Source: Hypanus sabinus
Lineage: Eukaryota
Length of the DNA stretch: 64,000 bases
Direction of reading: 5' to 3'
NCBI RefSeq assembly: GCF_030144855.1
Contig: NC_082711.1
Coordinates: 47,678,001-47,742,000, forward strand
Positions 12,229 through 23,611 of the stretch are shown one piece after another (positions within the stretch are counted from its first letter, which is position 1; every line of letters begins with the position of its first letter). The notes under the pieces are model-generated. The model was not told the DNA's origin. It worked only from the letters and a program-made list of their open reading frames with translations, and searched no databases. The position numbers and the translations under genes were made by a program.

Positions 12229-15200
12229 TCATGGCTGATCATCCAACTCAGAACCCTGTACCTGCTTTCTTTCCATACCCCCGATCCCTTTAACCACAAG
12301 GGCCATATCTAACTTCCTCTTAAATATAGCCAATGAACCGGCCTCAACTGCTTCCTGTGGCAGAGAATTCCACAGATTCACCACTCTCTGTGTGAAGAAG
12401 TTTTTCCTCATCTCGGTCCTAAAAGGCTTCCCCTTTATCCTTAAACTGTGACCCCTCGTTCTGGACTTCCCCAACATCAGAAACAATCTTACTGCATCTA
12501 GCCTGTACAATCCCTTTAGAATTTTATACATTTCAATAAGATCCCCCTTCGATCTTCTAAATTCCAGTGAGTATAAGCCTAGTCGATCCAGTCTTTCTTC
12601 ATCTGAAACTCCTGCCATCCCAGGAATCAATCTGGTGAACCTTCTCTGTACTCCCTCTATGGCAAGAATGTCTTTCCTCAGATTAGGGGACCAAAACTGC
12701 ACACAATATTCTAGGTGCGGTCTCACCAAGGCCTTGTACAACTGCAGTAGAACCTTCCTGCTCCTGTACTCAAATCCTTTTGCTATGAATGCCAACATAC
12801 CATTTGCCTTTTTCATCACCTGCTGTACCGGCACGCCCACCTTCAATGACTGGTGTACAATGACACCCAGGTCTCGTTGCACCTCCCCTTTTCCTAATCA
12901 GCCACCGTTCAGATAATAATCTGTTTTCCTGTTCTTGCAACCAAAGTGGATAACCTCACATTTATCCACATTAAATTGCATCTGCCATGAATTTGCCCAC
13001 TCACCTAACCTATCCAAGTCACCCTGAATCCTCTTAGCATCCTCCTTACAGCTAACACTGCTGCCCAGCTTCGTGTCATCTAAAGACTTGGAGATGCTAC
13101 ATTTAATTCCCTCGTCTAAATCATTAATATATATTGTAAACAACTGGGGTCCCAGCACTGAGTCTTGCGGTACCCCACTAGTCACTGCCTGTCATTCTGA
13201 AAAGGTCCCGTTTACTCCCACTCTTTACTTCCTGTCTGCCAACCAATTCTCTATCCACATCAATACCATACCCCCAATACCGTGTGCTTTAAGTTTGCAC
13301 TCTAATCCCCTGTGTGGGACCTTGTCAAAAGCCTTTTGAAAATCTAGATAAACCACATCCACTGGCTCTCCCCTATCCACTCTACTAGTTACATCTTCAA
13401 AAAATTCTATAAGATTTGTCAGACATGATTTTCCTTTCACAGATCCATGCTGACTTTGTCCGATGATTTCACTTCTTTCCAAATGTGCTGTTATCACATC
13501 TTTGATAACCGACTCTAGCATTTTCCCCACCACCGATGTCAGACTAATCGGTCTATAATTCCCTGGTTTCTCTCTCCCTCCTTTTTTTAAAAAGTGGGGT
13601 TACATTAGCCACCCTCCAATCCTCAGGAACTAATCCAGAATCTAAGGAGTTTTGAAAAATTATCACTAATGCATCCACTATTTCTTGGGCTACTTCCTTA
13701 AGCACTCTGAGATGCAGACCATTTGGCCCTGGGGATTTATCTGCCTTTAATCCCTTCAATTTACCCAACACCACTTCCCTACTAACATGTATTTCCCCCA
13801 GTACCTGCATCTCACTAGACCCTCGGTCCCTTACTATTTCCGGAAGATTACTTATGTCCTCCTTAGTGAAGTCAGAATCAAAATTGTTATTCAATTGGTC
13901 TGCCAAGTCTTTGTTCCCTATGATCAATTCACCTGTTTCTGACTGTAAAGGACTTACATTTGTCTTGACCAATCTTTTTCTTTTCACATATCTATAAAAG
14001 CTTTTACAATCAGTTTTTATGGTCCCTGCCAGCTTTCTCTCAATCTTTTTTCCCTTTCCTAATTAAGCCCTTTGTCCTCCTCCGCTGGTCTCTGAATTTC
14101 TCCCAGTCCTCAGGTGTGCCACTTTTTTTTGCTAATTTATATGTTTCTTCTTTGGACTTGATACTATACCTAATTTCCTTTGTCAGCCATGGGTGCACTG
14201 CCTTCCCTGGTTTATTCTTTTGCCAAACTGGGATGAACAATTGTTGTAGTTCATCCATGCGATCTTTAAATACTTGCCATTGCATATCCACCGTCAACAC
14301 TTTAAGTATCATTTGCCAGTCTATCTTAGCTAATTCACTTCTCATACCTTCAAAGTTACCCTTCTTTAAGTTCAGAACCTTTGTTTCTGAATTAACTATG
14401 TCACTCTCCATCTTAATGAAGAATTCCACCATATTATGGTCACTCTTACCCAAGTGGCCTCGCACGACAAGATTGCTAACTAACCCTTCCTCATTGCTCA
14501 ATACCCAATCTAGAATGGCCTGCTCTCTAGTTGGTTCCTCGACATGTTGGTTCAGAAAACCATCCCACATACATTTCAAGAAATCCTCTTCCTCAGCACC
14601 CTTACCAATTTGGTTCACCCAATCTATATGTAGATTGGAGTCACCCATTATAGCTGCTGTTCCTTTTTTGCACACATTTCTAATTTCCTGTTTAATACCA
14701 TCCCCAACCTCACTACTACTGTTAGGTGGCCTGTACACAACTCCCACCAGCATTTTCTGCCCCTTAGTGTTATGCAGCTCTACCCATATCGATTCCACAT
14801 CCTCCAGGCTAATGTCCTTCCTTTCTATTGCATTAATTTCCTCTCTAACCAGCAATGCTATCCCACCTCCTTTTCTTCCCTGTCTATCCCTCCTGAATAT
14901 TGAATATCCCTGGATGTTGAGCTCCCATCCTTGGTCACCCTGGAGCCATGTCTCTGTGATCCCAACTATATCATATTCATTAATAACTATCGGCACATTC
15001 AATTCATCCACTTTGTTACAAATGCTCCTCGCATTGACACACAAAGCCTTCAGGCTTGTTTTTACAACACTCTTAGCCCTTATACAATTATGTTGAAAAG
15101 TGGCCCTTTTTGCTTTTTGCCCTGGATTTGCCTGCCTGCCACTTTTACTTTTCACCTTACTACTTTTTGCTTCTACCCTCATTTTACACCCCTCTGTCTC

Positions 15201-15230
15201 TCTGCACTTGTGCCCATCCCCCTGCCACAT
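12229..15230 (-). pseudogene. CR1 ORF2: APE endonuclease + reverse transcriptase, broken into ~5 segments
   Basis: NARSI, GITETW, GVVYRPP, MGDSN, SDHN (endonuclease). KSCLTNL, YLDFQKAFDKVPH, GVPQDSVLGP, LDDTK (RT). Breaks near 14040, 13550, 13200 and 12890. Confidence 0.93.
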
Positions 15231-16176
15231 TAGTTTAAAGCCTCCTGAACAGCAGTAGCAAACGCTCCCCCTAGGACATTGGTTCCAGTCCAGCCCAGGT
15301 GCAGACCATCCTGTTTATACTGGTCTCACCTCCCCCAGAACTGGTTCCAGTGCCCCAGAAATTTGAATCCCTCCCCATTGCACCATTTTTCAAGCCATGT
15401 ATTCATCTGAAATATCCTCCTATTTCTACTCTGACTAGCACATGGCACTGGTAGTAATCCAGAGATTATTACCTTTGTGGTCCTACTTTTTAGTTTATCT
15501 CCTAACTCCCTAAATTCACCTTGTAGGACCTCACCCCATTTTTTACCTATATCATTGGTACCTAGGTGCACCACCACCACTGGCTGTTCACCCTCCCATT
15601 CCAGAATGTCCTGCAGCTGCTCAGAGACATCCTTGACCCTTGCACCAGGGAGGCAACATAGCATCTTGGAGTCTCGTTTGCAGCCACAGAAATGCCTATG
15701 AATTCCCCTTACAATCGAATCCCCTATCACTATAGCTCTCCCACTCCTTTTCCTTCCCTCCTGTGCCGCAGAGCCACCCATGGTGCAATGAACTCGGCTG
15801 CTTCTGCCTTCCCCTGATGAGACATCTCCCCCAACAGTATCCAAAACAGTATATCTGTTTAGGAGGGAGATGACCTCAGGGGACTCCTGCACTACCTGCC
15901 TACTGCAACGCTGTCTAGTGGCCACCCCTTCCCTTTCTGCCTGTGTAGCCTTTACCTGCGGTGTGGCCAACTCACTGAACGTGCTATTCACAACTTTCTC
16001 AGCATCGCGGATGCTCCAGTATGAATCCAATCGCAGCTCCAGACGCTCAATGCGGTCTGCCAGAAGCTGCAGCTGGACACACTTCCTGCACACATAGTCG
16101 TCAGGGACACTGGAAGTATCCCTGATTTCCCACATGCTGCAGGATGAACAAACCACGGGCTGATCTCAGCTGCCAT
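15230..16176 (-). pseudogene. CR1 ORF1: zinc finger + coiled coil + SGNH esterase
   Basis: CxxC..CxxC (CSSC..CRKC), GDS, HLGTND, and DGLH read through one TGA at 15326. Likely ATG at 16176 with a 1-nt deletion near 16158. Natural stop TAA at 15232-15230. Confidence 0.9.
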
Positions 16177-16592
16177 GACCTACCCAATACTTGCCTCAAC
16201 TTTTGAAACTTTCTCCTTTGAAAATAACTTACCCGGCCTTACCTCACTTGGAGTGAAGCTCGTCCTCAGCCTCTTCTCACCAAAGCCTCAAATCTCCACT
16301 CACTCACTGGCTGCTTTCCACAAACCGCTCTGCTTGAGGTAACCCTCTATTTATTTGTTTGAGCTTTTCAAACTGCTTGGCCACCTGACCTCGAATGCCC
16401 AATCAGCTGCTTTCTGCTGAGTCTGAGCTATTTAAATCTTGATTGTCTAATCAATGACTTTCTGCTGAGCTATTCAAATCTTGATTGACTTGATTGCACA
16501 GTCCAACTGCCAAACCTGCCAGAATCTCTCGAGCCAAAGCCTCGAATCTCCACTCCTTCACTGGCCCACTCACTCACTGGCCGCTTTCCACA

Positions 16593-17282
16593 GACCATAT
16601 AATTCTAAACATTATATTCCATCTGTCACTTTTTTGTCCATGCTCCTACTTTGTCTAATTCCTTCTGCAGACCCTCTGCTTCCTCAACATTACCTGCCCC
16701 TCCACTTATCTTCGTATCATTCACAACCTTGGTCACAAAGCCGTTAATTCATCATCCAAATCATTAATATATAATGTGAAAAGAATCTGTCCCAACACCG
16801 AACCCTGCAGAGCACCACTACCCACCAGCAGCCAACCAGAAATTCCTAATCTTTGCTTCTTTGCCAGTAGGCCAAACTTCTATCTGTGTTAGTATCTTTC
16901 CTGCAATACCAGAGATATTTATATTGTTTAGCTGTTTCATGCTCAGCACTTTCTCAAAGGCCTTCTCAAAATCCAAATAAATAACATCCACTGACTCTCC
17001 TTTGTCTATCCTGCCTGTTATTTCCTCAAAGACTTCCAACAAATTTGTCAGGCAATATTTCTCCTTAAGGAAACCATGCTGATTTTAGCCAATTTAATAT
17101 GTGCATTCAAGCACCCTGAAACCTCATCCTTAATAAAAGCCTCCAACATCTTCCTGACCACTGAAGTCAGACTGACTGGCATATATTTTCCTTTCCTTTG
17201 CTTCACTCCCTTCTTAAAGAGTGGAGTAACATTTACACCTTTCTTGTCCTCAGGAACTATTCCAGAATCTGGTGATCCCTGA
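16593..17282 (-). mobile_element. Older CR1, continuation of 11375-12157
   Basis: VDVIYLDFEKAFEK and NVTPLFKKG..PVSLTSVV remnants. Confidence 0.88.
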
Positions 17283-18169
17283 AAGAATAGAGAGAGGAAG
17301 GGAAGAAGGTCTGGCCCTGATTTTAACATGGACTGACATTGCTAACAGAGAGAAAATACTAGCTGGAAACTTTAAAACATGCATTTTCCTTGCATGATGC
17401 AGATTCTGACTCAATATCTTCTAACTTCATGATAGCAGCCCAGGGCTAGATTGGTTTTCCTGTACTGAATCCACTAGAGAAGGCTTAGATACAAGGATGT
17501 GCTTTCTAATGCCCAATAGAGAGGCTCGGTGTGTGTGAGGAAGCAAATCATGGTGCAATAGACCACAGGGGATGTAGATGGAGTGATTGCACAGAGGGTA
17601 ATTATTCCTACCTCTCCTAGCTCAACATCAGCACTTTTCTCTTTTACAAAATGGCCTTGCCTCCCTTTAGCCACCATACAATGATTAGATAGATTTCCTT
17701 GGATTACTTAGGGTTAAATCTAGAAACTAGATAACACAAGAGGTTATGGATTGTTAGATTAGTCAGCCTAACCACAGGCAGTGAATTTATTCCATATTCC
17801 TCACCGTATCTTCATTAAAACTGGAACTGAGAATTGAAGGAGGGTTGAAGTTACATTTATGAATCTTTTGAAAATTTCATACTCAACATGACACAAACAC
17901 ATGCAATCAAAAGGTTAAAATTTCCCTTCTATCTTCATCTATCAATGTGAAATTATCAGATGAGTGGAGCAAAGGAGAGTTAGAAAATCCCAAACACAGA
18001 AGCCACATGAATAATTAATCAATATGAAAGAATTAGGCTGATAATTATGGCCTGAAGCAAACTGTTTTCTTTTACTTTTCATTGTCTGTGAATAACACTA
18101 GGGGCTAAACTTTGCAGTTTTAATAGCATTGGAACAGTCGGTGTTTGCTATTAACATACAATCAAGCTG

Positions 18170-18650
18170 ATGATAATCGTAATAACAACAACTTATTTAG
18201 AGGTCTGTTTTTATACAAATGATATAGTTCAAAGTGCTTTACAATGGGATAAAGTGTAAATATTAAAATAAAAGACAAAATGATGTTAGTTGAAAGCAAG
18301 GTTAAATAAATAGTTTTAGAGCTGGTGTTTAAAAGTGTCAGCTGTGTCTGCATCCCTTTTCTTTATTGTTTTTCACAGTTTAGGAGCATAGTTTAAAAAA
18401 GTTGACCTGGCTTTTCTTTCGAGGGAGTTTGTTTACATTTAAGAGAGCCGCATAAGAAGACCTGAGAGATCAAGCAGGGTTATGAAATAAAGGAGATTCT
18501 GTGATGTGCTCTGGTCCCAGACCATTGAGGGCTTTAAAAACAAGCAGTAGATATTTAAAGTCAATTCTGAAAGATACAGGATGCTAACACGGAGCAGGTC
18601 AGATGGTTGTGGTGTGGTCCCTAATCCTGGTTTTAGTTTAAAGTCTAGCA
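18170..18650 (-). mobile_element. L2-clade LINE 3' end
   Basis: Minus strand RIDFKYLLLVFKALNGLGPEHI..SLRSS and tail tgtaaagcactttga...aaataag. Confidence 0.8.
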
Positions 18651-19082
18651 GTGCCTTTCTGAATGATAATTTATAGAACATGCACACACATAGCTGCGTA
18701 TCAAAATCCAGATGCTGCTGAGAATTGTAATTTGATCCTACACAGGGTGAGCTATTGCAGCTTTCCCCAGCACCAGCAGTGAATTGATCAGATCCTCCAT
18801 TTCTTATGAGCTATTCTTGACATGGTAAAACTAAAGCAAAATGTTTCAGTGTGTTCAACATGTTGAACTGGAGTTCTGAATAATGTACTTAACAACTACT
18901 GTTCTCTACTTCTGTAGAGAAGAAACTGAAGATGTGGGTTGTTATAATCTCTGAAAAATAGTTCAATTTTGGTACATTTGTAAAATAATGACAGTAAGCT
19001 CCCTTTTTTACATTTTCTGTTATTTGAGATAGTTCAGCTTTTTTCTCACTGACATGTATACACTCTGATCTTTACCTTTGCC

Positions 19083-19285
19083 ACAGGTGGCAGTGGAGGT
19101 CAATTCTTGGGTGTATTTAAGGCAGAGATTGACAGGGATCTGAGTAGCCAGGGCATCAAAGGTTATGGTGAGAAGGTGGGGGAGTGGGACTAAATGGGAG
19201 AATGGATCAGCTCGTGGTAAAATGGCGGTGCAGACTCGATGGGCTGAATGGCCGACTTCTGCTCCTTTGTCGTATGGCCTTATCC
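19083..19285 (+). mobile_element. CR1 3' terminal fragment
   Basis: gtatttaaggcagagattgacag...gatgggctgaatggccgacttctgctcct. Confidence 0.85.
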
Positions 19286-20459
19286 TTACAAATTATTTAA
19301 AAATTGTTCCTTTTACTTTCTTGTGTACTGTTTGTGACTGTAACCCTTCAATACCTCTGCTGGATGGCATCACTGTTGCTGGATTCCAGAGGTACTCTAT
19401 AACTATAACCTGACAGCAACAGAAGGCCATAACTAGAGAGATCTTTAACTGAGGCTGCTTCCTTCAAAATCACCAAAAACACTACGCAAAATCCCATCTC
19501 TGTTAGAATGAAATAAATTTCTTCTTCCCTTTACTATTCTTGAAGCTTGCATTTTCCATTATAAAGCATAAATCTGTAATTTATAATTACCTTGAATTAA
19601 AATATACGTACACATATGCAACAAATATTTAAGCAGCACACATAATTGCTGTGTTATCGGCAATAGTTTAACAATTAAATCTTCCATTTTCCAAAGAATC
19701 ACATTCTTTAGTGGTAGGAAAAAGTCAACTGAGCAATTTAAATTAATTATATCAACAAATGATGCACATAATTAGATCCAGTTTATCTATTAAAATATAA
19801 TGTATTTACCTAAGCTAATGTGGGAGGTAAGTGGCTATTAAATAAAATGGTGCAGGAGACTTGAAGAAATTTATAGAGGCTTAACATTGTTTCTGCATAC
19901 CTTTCATTAAAACTTCTGCACCCGTTTTGCCCTAGCTCCAATAAGTCATATTTATTCGTGGCCTCCAAGCTCACAAACTACAACAGGATGCAGACTGCTC
20001 ATGCTTCCATTTAAAACTCCTTGTTCTTATTTTCAAATCCTTCTGAGCTTGCTTCTCAGTTTACATAACCTCTTCCTGCTCTATAACCCAACAATATTTC
20101 CGTACTTTATCCAATACAAACATCATGAACATTCCTGGCTTCCACTATTCCATTATCCACAACTCTGCTTTCATAAAAAGGATCAACGTATCTACATCTA
20201 CTAAAATTTAGTGACCCAGTGAAAAAATATTTTGATAATATTCCTGGAGAAATGACAAGAGTTATTTTTGGATGAACCTATATTCAACTGCAGTTTGGAA
20301 GACTTTAAGGAAAACATAATGAGACATAGTGTTTGGCAGCACTGTATCATCAATGGATACCCCTTATCAGACAGCATCCGCCCTGGGGTCAAGCATAAGC
20401 ACATAAGCTCTATTAGAGCATATCCAGCTCTGGTCCAGGGGATACTGATATTTTCATAT

Positions 20460-20690
20460 CACAAGGCTCACTCACCTTGACAAGCCAGTAATAGTTCATG
20501 CCCTGCCCTACTCTGAGTTTCACCTTATTTCTGAACCCCTGATAGATTTCAGTGATGCTGACACCCAAAATTTTCAGGTATTTTTCTCTGAACACGTGAG
20601 ATACTGATGAGAGCCCTTCTCCACTAGCTCCTCCTCCTTCTTGCAGTTTGTCTTGTTCTGTGTGCCCTCTGTGCATTAGGCACTTCAAGG
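20460..20690 (-). mobile_element. Degraded Rex1-type RT fragment
   Basis: Minus-strand KILGVSIT motif. Confidence 0.4.
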
Positions 20691-20957
20691 GAAATGCCTA
20701 CAATTGCAGCACTTCCTTGGAGTTTCCAGTTTGAGCAGAAATCATTCATAAAGCTATTCAATATATGTAAAACCTACACAGTTAATAAACTGTAAAAGAA
20801 AACCTTGTGCTTGGTTAAGCAAAACCAAGAGATTGTTAGTTCAGCGTTAAGCTTTACAGAAGCATTGCCACATTGTTAATTCATGCCATGATCTTTTAGC
20901 TCCCTATTCTCTTGCTAGGTAGTCCCTATGTGACTGCTAACACCCTTAACACTAGTG

Positions 20958-21685
20958 CAGGGGTCGGCAACGTTTACCACTGAAAGAGCCATATGGACCC
21001 ATTTCCCACAAAAAAGGAAACACTGGGAGCCACAGAACCCGTTTGACATTTAAAATGAAATAACACTGCATACAACGTTTTTTTTTTTTGCTTTTATGCT
21101 ATGTATAAACAAACTATAATGTATTGCATTTATGAAATTGATGAACTCCTGCAGAGAAAAAAAAATTACATTTCTGCATGCAACAAAAACATTTTGAACT
21201 CCGAGAAAAAGACGTTGGGTTGAAGGTTACTCCATAGTTAGCCTACCTTGGATCGAAGAATTAAAAGAAAGCGCGCACTGGCGGGTGTCAGGCATTGGCA
21301 GTGGTGATGTATATTAATAGCGATAAAAAACACGTAGCGGTGTGCTACACGCAGCGCTAAAATAACGACACTGCAGTCAAAGATAACTTTATTCAAACTA
21401 AACAGCCTTGCTTTAAAGCCTCCCTCAACCCGCCCCCCCCGTGGGCGCGGATGCTCCAAAAGACACGTACTCACAAACCCCCATAGGCTATCTCACTATC
21501 TCCCTTAGCTGGAACGGTGGCTAATTGTGAGCCGGTTCGGATGTGCCAGGAAATGGGGTCGCCACGTTTTATTTAGATTGTACAAGATCACCATAATCTT
21601 CAAATTTCAAATTACATTTCAAAAACTAACAAACCACGGGGAGCCGCAGCACAGAGATGAAAGAGCCGCGGGTTGCCGACCCCTG
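20958..21685. mobile_element. hAT (Charlie-like) non-autonomous DNA transposon, 728 bp
   Basis: Perfect 14-bp TIRs caggggtcggcaac / gttgccgacccctg. 8-bp TSD cactagtg / cactagta. Confidence 0.93.
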
Positions 21686-23139
21686 CACTAGTACATCTAC
21701 CTGGGCTGAAACCCATTGACACCATTTTGCTATTTAAAGAACACTGCCAAGCTGACTTTCTTGTCGCAGGGATTTGGAAACGTAAACTCGAAGTAGGAAA
21801 CAACTGCTTCGTAATGGTTACATTTCTTTTCACCTCTTGCCTTCTTGTAAACTGGCCCAGATTTTCTGAGTCAACATAATTTCTCACCACTGTTTTAAGG
21901 TAATCATTTCATGCCACCTACTTTTCCATTCCGCTTCTCCTTCTCAGAAGGAAGTTCAGCTTCCGACATCAGTCAGCTCACAATATCTTTGTGATGGCTG
22001 TTATATTATGCAAATATATTTCTATTTATGCCTTCAATGTATCTATAGTAATTGTAAATGCTTCATTAATTCCAATAAAGCCTTTAATTTTCACTTATTA
22101 TTTTCCTACTTTGTTGCACTTTTCCCATTGTCAGGGTAAATTGTACATATTTCTAAATTCCTCATCATCTGAACCATGCTTCAGCTACTGACATTTTCTT
22201 CAAAATAACTAAAGAACGAGTTAATCCTCATCATTACTGACCATTTACAAAATGTACCGTGGCTATATTCTCACAGAACTTTGCAAGCCTGCAGGTTCTA
22301 CCACCAGGATTTGCATGAGAACACAAGCTCTCCATGTCATTACTTTACTCAGCTACTTCAAGACCTGATTTTGGAAATGTCTCACATACTCTTTAGCACT
22401 GCTGACTCTAACTTGAGAGACTTCCTACCCAGAAGCACCTTCACCTTGAAGAAACTGTCTTCACCACCAGCTTCTCAGCTGTAATTAGGGAGGCCTTACC
22501 AGCAATGCCCTCAATCCCCACAAATAACACTGGCATTTTTCAAAGAAAACCACAGACAGCAAAACCAAACCTGACAATCTATAAATAACATACAGTCGAT
22601 CGTGACACACAGCAGTACTCTACAAATAATATGAAAATTCCTGAATGTAATCAAAATATTTAGTGAGGTGTTATTCTAATTAGAAGAAAATTCTCATTAG
22701 ATTCAACACTTGAACTGTGCAATTATTTTGAGACACATGTAATCTGACTGAATACTCCATGCAGCAGATTTTTATTATGTTGTGCTAATTAACTTTTAAA
22801 TACATTATCTATAATTACCAAAGCTATATTCCATTTCCCTCTCCAATACTAAGCTGTTTAAATGAGATGGGCAAATAAACTTAAGGTGACTTTGGTAAGA
22901 GTAATTTGTGTTTGGGAACATAGACTACAAAGACAGTTGGGAGGAGCACTGGAAGGATTCAAGGAGATTTTTAATGGTGCTCAACAAAAGTGTATTACAA
23001 TTGTAAGCTAGAAGAGTAAGAGTGAGGAGACACAGCCTTGGATAACTCAGTAAGTTAAAGAAGGCATCACACTAAAACCTCATGCTTACAAAGTGAGTGA
23101 GAGAGAGAGAGAGAGAGAGGGAGAGTGCTGTGGTATCTA

Positions 23140-23610
23140 CTGTAAGACTTTTGTACAGTTCTATAGTAATTTTATGTATTCCTACAGTACAGTAAAAAAA
23201 CAAATTTCACCACATGTGAGTGATGATGAACTTGGTTCTGAAGTGAGTCTCTGTTGTGGACTGAGAGTGTGAAGGAGGCAGGGAAAGGGGAAATCATTGT
23301 TGGGAAAAGGAGAAGGGAAAGGGGATTTTGTAATGATCAATAAACCAATTGTTTGGAATCAAATGGTCTTACCTGGTGTCACAGGGCTGGGTGTGTCTGC
23401 ACACATGCCACCCTCCCACCCTTGGCACTACTTCTCTGCCACCTATCACACATCCCTCCCATAATGCCCTTCTCTCACCATTCCCAACATCCTTTGCTCC
23501 TGCCAGATTTACAAACTCATTCTTTGCTCCAGTTGACAAATATAGTACTGTGCAAAAGTCTTAGGCACCTTACTACATGAATGTGTTTTAAGTCTCTTAC
23601 ACAGTACAGT
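23140..23610 (+). mobile_element. Composite repeat: ~400-bp core bounded by Tc1-type mini-MITE ends (copy 1)
   Basis: Collinear in reverse complement with 60288-60785. Ends taagacttttgtacagttcta and tagtactgtgcaaaagtcttaggcac. Confidence 0.7.
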
Positions 23611-23611
23611 A

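Larger units (their letters stand above)
12158..16592 (-). mobile_element. Young full-length CR1 LINE (~4.43 kb; 5'UTR, ORF1, ORF2, tail)
   Basis: Long ORF1 and ORF2 segments with few lesions, tail atagaaacattgaaaataggtgcagg. Flanked by gac/gac (12155-57, 16593-95) inside an older CR1. Confidence 0.96.

Noticed and set aside
14116-15096. 326-aa plus-strand ORF
   Set aside because: Exact antisense shadow of the CR1 endonuclease ORF, with no recognisable motifs of its own.
19040-19090. Plus-strand splice-acceptor-like tract ending ccacag
   Set aside because: Followed directly by a CR1 3' fragment and antisense to the host gene, with no coding exon behind it.
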